Below, one piece after another: positions 46,601 through 54,003 of a stretch of 54,003 nt of DNA (positions are counted from its first letter, which is position 1; each line of letters starts with the position of its first letter). The stretch is from Cyanophora paradoxa CCMP329 (Eukaryota; Plantae; Glaucophyta): contig QPMI01000566.1 of the NCBI GenBank assembly GCA_004431415.1, positions 1 to 54,003 on the forward strand. Reading direction: 5' to 3'. The notes under the pieces were generated by a model. That model had not been told where the DNA came from, searched no databases, and saw only the letters and a program-made list of their open reading frames with translations. The position numbers and the translations under genes were made by a program.

Positions 46601-47832
46601 CATTAATTCTATCTAGATCTATCGAGGAAGACGCACAGAGGGAAGAAGAAGTCGATGGTCGGCGTGGTAGAGTCGATCGCGAGCGGCGAAGCGAAGATGT
46701 CGGCGCGGACGGTGTACTGCATCAGATATTAATGTGTGCGAAAAGCTGCAGCTGACGTGCGCGTGAATGTCGAGGTCGGGCTGCTCACACGAGGGGGTAG
46801 AAGCGGACTGCCAGCCAGAGCACGTCACCTGCGGGCAGAGTTTCAAGTTTAATTTGAACTCGTCGTGAATGTAAAGCTTGAGCTAACTCACCGTGACCTT
46901 GTCGAGGGCCGCCTGGGCGAGAGCGGGGAGACCGAGACGAGCCTCCAGTGGGAGAGCTGGAATCGACCGGCCGGGGTCGTGACGTCGACGACGGGGTCGG
47001 TGTGGGCTCGGGCTCGGGCGCGGGTCGGAGACGGCGTGGGCGTGGGGGACGGCGAGCGTCTGCGACGGGGTCGGTGACGGGCTGGGCGTCTGGCTGGCGT
47101 CGGCGTCGGCGGCCGAGTCGGCTGCGGTGCGAGCGGCCCAGTAAGACTGCGCGAAGGTGCAGCCATCAGCACTCGCGGCGGCGAGGGTAATATCTGATCA
47201 ACAGGGTGACCACGCACGGCGCATTCCCAGCCTCGGCCGCACCCACGCCGCCGGCTCGTCAGAGCCGGGCAGGTGGTCGCAAAGCCGGTGGCCGAGTAGG
47301 TATAGGGGGTGAAGATGAAGTCGTCGTCGCTCTCGTCCGCGTTCCTATCATCGAGGCTTTCCGCCTCGACCACCCTCGACAGCGTTTTTGCTGTGCAGGT
47401 CCGCGTGTGTCAATTCGCCGGCTTCGGTAGCCTCAACACGTATCTGCAACGTGCCGGGTGCATTGTGAGCGTGGCTTGCGCAAACAAAGAAAAGTATGTT
47501 AAAAACGCGCACATGTTGCAGTCACCGTCGTACGCACTCGCCCGAACGCCAAGGGGGGCGCTTCCGATGCACTTGGAGCGCAGTGCTCGTCAGCGCCGCC
47601 TGCGAGGTGGCCTTATCGTTGATGAAGTCGTGCCCGCCGTCCAGGTGACCGCCTTGTCCGTCGTGCGAAGGTCATCTGGCCGGGGACGGGAAGCTGGTGT
47701 CCAGGTACACCATGCTCGACGGGGCCGTCTTGAGGTTGGTCACGTTGCTGGCTGTGATCGCCGATTTCGCAATTAATTGCAAGGCAAACAGCGAAACGTA
47801 TTCACGCAAGCGTATATAGTTATGAATACAGT

Positions 47833-49400
47833 CTAGTCTACTACAACCGCACGCACTCTGTGGATCGTAAACGCAACGGTTGCGTCTCGGTCCACGCCCC
47901 TCTTTGAACTAGTCTCGTTGTAATATACTCCGGACCACCCGCTGAAAGAGACGAGGCTGTACATGAAGAGCTTGTTGTTGCAAATCCCAACAAACGGCGC
48001 TTCAAGGGCCGCTGCGTAAGTGTCATCGACTTCTGTTAGCTCTACTCCTGCCGCCGCAGCTTCGCTTGATGTCAACGTTTTCGTTTCCGATGGCCTGGGC
48101 CAGACGTCAAAGTGCTCTGACATGTTCCGAGCTTGCAAGTCGATGACACTGCAATGCATACCCGGGGCCGTCACGCAAATGAAATGAAAGGATGTAAATA
48201 TAATCAAGAACAGCTCAAACAAATTTGCGCACAAGAGGGTGTTCATTGCTGAAGACGCGACGTAACCATCGAATGCATCTTTCGTTTCGACCCCGCCAAC
48301 GACGTACCAGTTCTTCCCTGTGATAATGGTGCGCATGCGTTGGCCGTCTTTTGCGCACAGCAAAAAGCAGCATCGCACCGTCGCGAGCGCAGCTCATGAA
48401 GGCGTTCTTCCGAATTTTATTGCCCAATGTGTCCTGGTTCAGTGTCCCAGCGTCATCATATTCCGGCGGGTTGGGAAAATCGAGAATCGTCTCCCACGTG
48501 CCGTTCGTGATGTTGTACCTGCACAATTTCGGTACCGTTATGAATCTTCAGAAACGTTTGCAGTAATCGATAAGCACCGCGCGCACCGGTAAATGTTGAT
48601 ATTTGCGCCGGAGTTCCCATCCGGAAGCCCATACACCCCGCCCACAATCTATGAGGTGCGAAAAATTGACTTCAATATAAAAAACTTGTAAGCAGTATGA
48701 CTATAATAGATAATTGTACCCAGACGCCATCTTCGAAGACAGTCATGCACGCGCCGTAGACCCCACCGTTCGGAATGGGCGCGAGCTCGGTGATCGTTCC
48801 CAGGCTGGTGTCCACGCTGTAGAACTTGTCGGAGGAGAGCGGATTACTGGGGAACCTTCGCCGAATTTTCATCGTTCGAATCCAACAGATCGTACTTGAA
48901 GCCGAGACGCCGCGCCGCAGTAGATCCTGCTGGACTCGCCGACGACTCGTCCCAGGCGCAGTGCGACAGATCGTTGCGTTCGGCGCAGTGAGCGGCGCCT
49001 TCGTGAACGACCAGACCGAGATAGGGCCGCCGCCTGCGTTTCCCGACATCATGATTAGCTGGTACATAAACAGCCGCATCATAGCTATCTCCAAAGACTT
49101 CTGCGCAGAAACGAACGCATCGAAGAACAAACGCACTGATATCTGCGGACCAGAAGTCGTCTAGCAGCGCTGAAGTGACAGCCTGCATAGTTGTCACTCC
49201 CGCAACGCTCTTGTGCTTCCATATCTGGTCATAAAGATTGCTCCATCGGTTTGCGGGTTTGGTACTTGGACACTGTCGTAAGGTCGCCACTCCTCGAACG
49301 CGTCTCCGCTGCCGGCCCTTCTGGCCGCCGTGGATGAGCATCCGGGCGTTGCCCGAGGGGTCCTTGTAGTACACGCTGGCCGCCCGCCCGCTTGAGCGTC
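47833..49400 (-). CDS. Host kelch-like/beta-propeller protein (spliced and/or frameshifted)
   Basis: MLIHGG, YVVGG, YNITNGTWETI, FYSVDTSLGTITELAPIP..YGACM. Confidence 0.55.
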
Positions 49401-50042
49401 GGGTTGGCGGTGGCCGCCTGGTTGAGGCCGTCATTGTACAGCGTGCGATGTGGTACTCGGCTGCCGCAGTGCGTAGCGCGTTGCGCGCATGCGGAGCTCG
49501 AGATCTAGAGGCCGCATCGTGCATGTTTATTATGCGTATTCAAGCCGGAAGGCCATGATCATGAGGGCACACTCAGGTCGGGAAAGCCGCGCGCTACAAC
49601 ATATATATCCCATGGCCAGCAGCGTGCGCACCTGACACGCCGGAGAAGGCGGCGGCAGGAGCGCGATTGCAAGCGCCAGGAGCGCGCCTGTGCTGCGGCC
49701 GGACTCCCACGACGCATCGTTATCTTCAACTTAGCCATATATCCGTGGCGCCAGGCGTCTAGAGCTAGACTCTAGATCTAGTACAGCCGCTGACTGCGAA
49801 CTGCTGCTGGCCCAGTGGCATGCGCAGCCTGCTGCTGCTCCTGAGCTCAAGATCTCAGAGTCTGTGAGGCTGTGTGCACAGACTGGCTCACAGTGAGCAG
49901 GTCGACGGTCAGAGCGACCGTTGCAAAAAGCGTTATTTTTGTCCCATATCAGAGAAGCTGATACTTCAAATACTCCATCGCCAACCTCTAGAATAGAAAC
50001 TGAAATAGTAGACTCAGTTGTACTAGGCCCGTAACTAGGGTA

Positions 50043-50298
50043 CCGTAGAGCAGGAAAATAGTGGGCCGGAAATTAGTGGACTAGAAACTTGGCCTCCCTT
50101 AGGCAAAATACTGGAGCCCGAAATTAGTGGACCAAAACCTTCTCAGGCTTGTATGGGGCGGTAATTTGGGGGGTAACTGTAATGGGGCAGCTAGCAGCAG
50201 GAAATACTGGAGCCCGAAATTAGTGACTGAGTCAAGTTTTCGGCCACTAATTTCGGGCTCCACTAATTTTCTGCGTCCAGTATTTTCCTGCTCTACGG
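50043..50298. mobile_element. MITE (Tc1/mariner-pogo-like), 256 bp
   Basis: TIR CCGTAGAGCAGGAAAATA / TATTTTCCTGCTCTACGG flanked by TA on both sides; internal GGAGCCCGAAATTAGTG sub-repeats in both orientations. Confidence 0.8.
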
Positions 50299-52419
50299 TA
50301 GCAGAACTTCGGAAGCCAACTTAAGCTTGAAGGCCGGGCCTCTCCGAGTCAGAGGCTCCGACTACCGTGTATTCGGCGTGTAATACTTAATTAGTGCGCC
50401 ACAAATCACTGCCGCAGTGCGCCACTCACAGCGGCCCGAGTCACTGAGTCCGCGGCGCGGCGGCGCCGCCGCCCGGCCGTCCGCCGACTCGGCGCCCAGT
50501 CGGACGCGGTCGATCGGCGGACTCGGCGGCGGATCCCGGACTCCGGACCGGAGTCGGCGCCGACGTCGACTCGCGAGTCGGATCGCCGCCGAGTCGGCGG
50601 CGAGACCGTGAGACTCTGATCATGCATGATGAGAGTCCGGGGCCTCCGGGATCCGGGCGGCTGTCCGGCGCCGCCGCGCCGATGATCGCGATCTCAGCCG
50701 ATTCTCAGGATCTCGGCCCGGGGCCCGGGGGCCGGGGCGGCGGGGCGGGCCGGCGACCGCGGCCCGTCCGAGCCGACTCCGAGGGCCCGTCCGGCGTCCG
50801 GTCGCCCGCCGAATCCGATGATCGCGATCGGCGCCGATGAAAATTAATTAAACTCGGCGTCCCGGCCCGGGTCCCGCCGCCGGCGCCGGGCTGCCGGGCC
50901 GATCCGGATCCGACTTCCGGATTCCGGATCGGACTCCGGGATCCGGTCCATTCGAATTCGAATTCGGAGTCCGGACTCCGGACCCGGGACTCCGGGACCG
51001 TCGGACTCGCGATCGGCCCGGATCGGGGATCGAGGCCGCGGCCGGGCGGATCCTGAATCCTGATGATGTCATCATGATCATCGATATCATGATCATGGCA
51101 TGAATTCTTTTTTATGTGAATAAATGTGCGTATAAAAACCGTATATACGTGCGTATATATATACACGCGTACGCATATATGGCAATATATGCCTTTCCGA
51201 GTTTCCCTTAAGCGCCGGCCGGGCTTGCTCGACGGCCGCATCGATATTGTCGGCGAATATAAATATATATTATAATTTGTCGCCGTCGGCGCCACGGTAG
51301 TAATCGGTACTGTACCAGCCTGACAGTGTACCCGGGTGATGCGGCACATGATCGTCGCTAGCTTCGCTCCGTTCCGAACTAAGTACTGTAGGAATGCTTT
51401 TTTAGCCGATGTTTTAAATTGCCGTATATTGAACCGTCTCATTTACCTATGGCTGGACCGTAGCTAGCCAAAAAAACTCGCAGACGCAGCTAAAAAACCC
51501 GACGCACTCATAAACTGGCGTCGCTAGAAACCTCTGTGGCCGTCGCTGGCAGGAAAATAATTAGAATGATTGCTGTCAATGGGATTCCAGCTAACGGGTC
51601 AGGGGGTCGAGCTAGCGCTTGGAAAACGGTTCGCGAGTCAATCGCGCAGTCGAGTTTTCGTCTGCGAATGAAGGGAGGGTACAGGTGGATACACCCCCCA
51701 ACGAACGACGGGAGGGTACGATTCCTCCTGCGTACTACGCAGGAGGCCGCCAGCAGGCGGCTGCAGTTCCTCTTTAGCTAGTGCCAAAGCGCACGCCTGC
51801 GGCCCGAATGCGGCCCGTCAGCTTGCCGTCGCCGGCCAGCAACGGCTACTACGCCAACGACTCCCCGGAGTTCGCGGGTCCGCTGTTTCAGCGTCGGCTA
51901 CGTTCAGAGAGCTCAGTAAAAGGCTGCCGAACCTCAGCCGCAGCCCCGGCGGATGCCGCACGAGAATGCAGATGCCCGATGCGACGGCACTTTCAGGCCC
52001 GCACGGTGCCCTGCAGACTGATGCTACACTTGCTGTAGGTGCTCTCGTGCTGGCACACTGCCTGCTCACCGGCCTCACCGCCCGCTGCCTCATCCGCCCG
52101 ATGCTGACTCTTTGACTCGCAGTCCGAGCTCACTGAGTCAGGCACGTGCTGAGGATGAAGCGTTGTTTTTAGCTAGCTTTGCGTGTACTGGTGACCCCAC
52201 TTGAGTCCGAACAGTCGGCGCCCGCCCACACCGTACCGTGCGCTCGGCCCTCGCGAGCCTCCAACAGCGGCACGGCGGCGCCTCTCCCGCGATGCGTGCG
52301 CGTCCCTCTGATGCCCCGCCGCCTGGGCACTGCGACGCCTCGCCGCCCCGCCTCGCTGACGGCCTTGCACAGCTCGGGGCTGTCCTCCCGCGGCCTTGTG
52401 AGGCGAGTCTGAAGAGGAA

Positions 52420-53790
52420 CTCCCGCCCGCCTCGGCCTCGCGCAGTGGCGCCCCGCCTCGCCCCCGGGCCCCGCCCGGCCCGCCTTGCATCCTGACTTCT
52501 CTGCGCAGCGCCGCGGGCTTTCTGCCCCGCACAAGCTCCTCCCGCCCCGCCTCGGCCTCCCGCCCCGCCTCGGCCTCGCGCAGTGCGCGCCCCGCCTCGC
52601 CCCCGGGCCCCGCCCCGGCCCCGGCCTTGCATCGCTGACTTCTCTGCGCAGCGCCGCGGGCTTTCTGCCCCGCACAAGCTCTCCCGCCCCGCCTCGCCTC
52701 CCGCCCGCCTCGCCTCGCAGTGCGCGCCCCGCCTCGCCCCCGGGCCCCGCCCCGGCCCCGGCCTTGCATCGCTGACTTCTCTGCGCAGCGCCGTGGCTTT
52801 CTGCCCCGCACAAGCTCCTCCCGCCCCGTCTCGGCCTCCCGCCCCGGCCCTGGCTCGCGCAGTGCGCGCCCCCGCCTCGCCCTGGGCCCCGCCCCGGCCC
52901 CGGCCTTGCGTCGCTGATTTCTCTGCGCAGCGCCGCGGGCTTTCTGCCCCGCACAAGCTCCTCCCGCCCCGCCTCGGCCTCCCGCCCCGCCTCGGCCTCG
53001 CGCAGTGCGCGCCCCGCCTCGCCCCCGGGCCCCGCCCCGGCCCCGGCCTTGCATCGCTGACTTCTCTGCGCAGCGCCGCGGGCTTTCTGCCCCGCACAAG
53101 CTCCTCCCGCCCCGCCTCGGCCTCCCGCCCCGCCTCGGCCTCGCGCAGTGCGCGCCCCGCCTCGCCCCCGGGCCCCGCCCCGGCCCCGGCCTTGCATCGC
53201 TGACTTCTCTGCGCAGCGCCGCGGGCTTTCTGCCCCGCACAAGCTCCTCCCGCCCCGTCTCGGCCTCCCGCCCCGGCCCTGGCCTCGCGCAGTGCGCGCC
53301 CCCGCCTCGCCCCTGGGCCCCGCCCCGGCCCCGGCCTTGCGTCGCTGATTTCTCTGCGCAGCGCCGCGGGCTTTCTGCCCCGCACAAGCTCCTCCCGCCC
53401 CGCCTCGGCCTCCCGCCCCGCCTCGGCCTCGCGCAGTGCGCGCCCCGCCCCGCCCCCGGGCCCCGCCCCGGCCCCGGCCTTGCGTCGCTGATTTCTCTGC
53501 GCAGCGCCGCGGGCTTTCTGCCCCGCACAAGCTCCTCCCGCCCCGCCTCGGCCTCCCGCCCCGCCTCGGCCTCGCGCAGTGCGCGCCCCGCCTCGCCCCC
53601 GGGCCCCGCCCCGGCCCCGGCCTTGCATCGCTGACTTCTCTGAGCAGCGCCGCGGGCTTTCTGCGGGTCCCCTTGAGCCAAGCGCCCCGCGCAATGCGGC
53701 AAGCTCCTCCGGGATCCCGCCCCGCCTCGGCCTCGCGCAGTGCGCACCACGCCTGGCCGCCCGCACCCGGCCCCGCCCCGGCCTTGCGTT
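52420..53790. repeat. GC-rich minisatellite, ~143-bp unit, about 9 copies
   Basis: GGCCTTGCATCGCTGACTTCTCTGCGCAGCGCCGCGGGCTTTCTGCCCCGCACAAGCTCC... recurs every ~140-145 bp. Confidence 0.92.
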
Positions 53791-54003
53791 CTGCAAAAAT
53801 TGATTGCATGATATATGTTCGAGCCCGCGCGCGGCCGAACGCCCCAGCGAGCTCGAGCGAGGGAGGCCGCACAGTACTAGTAAGAGAGGGCCCGAGATGA
53901 TGCATGCAAGTGATAATATAATTCGCTGCGTGCACGCGCACTGCTGAACCGAATTCGAACCTGCAGCTGCAGCTGACTCTAGATCTCGGACTTCCGCGCG
54001 CCC

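Noticed and set aside
50705-51442. 245-aa minus-strand ORF
   Set aside because: It runs across compositionally unrelated AT-rich and low-complexity GC segments and has no domain signal.
52138-53941. 500-590-aa ORFs in several frames
   Set aside because: They arise from a stop-poor GC minisatellite; they are open in all three minus frames and the unit length is not a stable multiple of 3.

Overview
Eukaryotic (probably protist/algal, GC-rich, short-intron) host DNA carrying two AT-rich, same-orientation endogenous Polinton-like viruses (PLVs) only 285 bp apart. Element B is complete: 18823-45787 (~27.0 kb), with ~0.8 kb terminal inverted repeats (TIRs), a 6-bp target-site duplication (TSD) ATAGTG and a 28-bp-stem hairpin at each tip. 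It encodes an rve integrase, a Polinton-type family B polymerase with an apparently degenerate exonuclease, a GIY-YIG nuclease, an AEP/PriCT-2/SF3 primase-helicase, two AT-hook proteins, an A32-like packaging ATPase, a double-jelly-roll major capsid protein (MCP) with NCLDV-like motifs, two head-to-head penton-like genes, a patatin-discoidin fusion, a modular fibre cluster, a Zn-finger protein and an AdoMet decarboxylase. I found no maturation protease. Element A (<1-18537, left part outside the window) is a mosaic relative with different fibre heads, different TIR iterons and a different but structurally equivalent terminal hairpin. A 3.3-kb GC-rich LTR retroelement (14972-18314) sits in that hairpin's loop. 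The right flank holds spliced host genes (one apparently interrupted by both viruses, one kelch-like), a TA-flanked MITE and a ~143-bp GC minisatellite. Caveat: single-base, mostly homopolymer, indels are frequent and fall at different places in the two copies. They look like long-read error, so I rebuilt many genes by eye across frameshifts and their boundaries are approximate. All family assignments come from motif recognition, not database searches.
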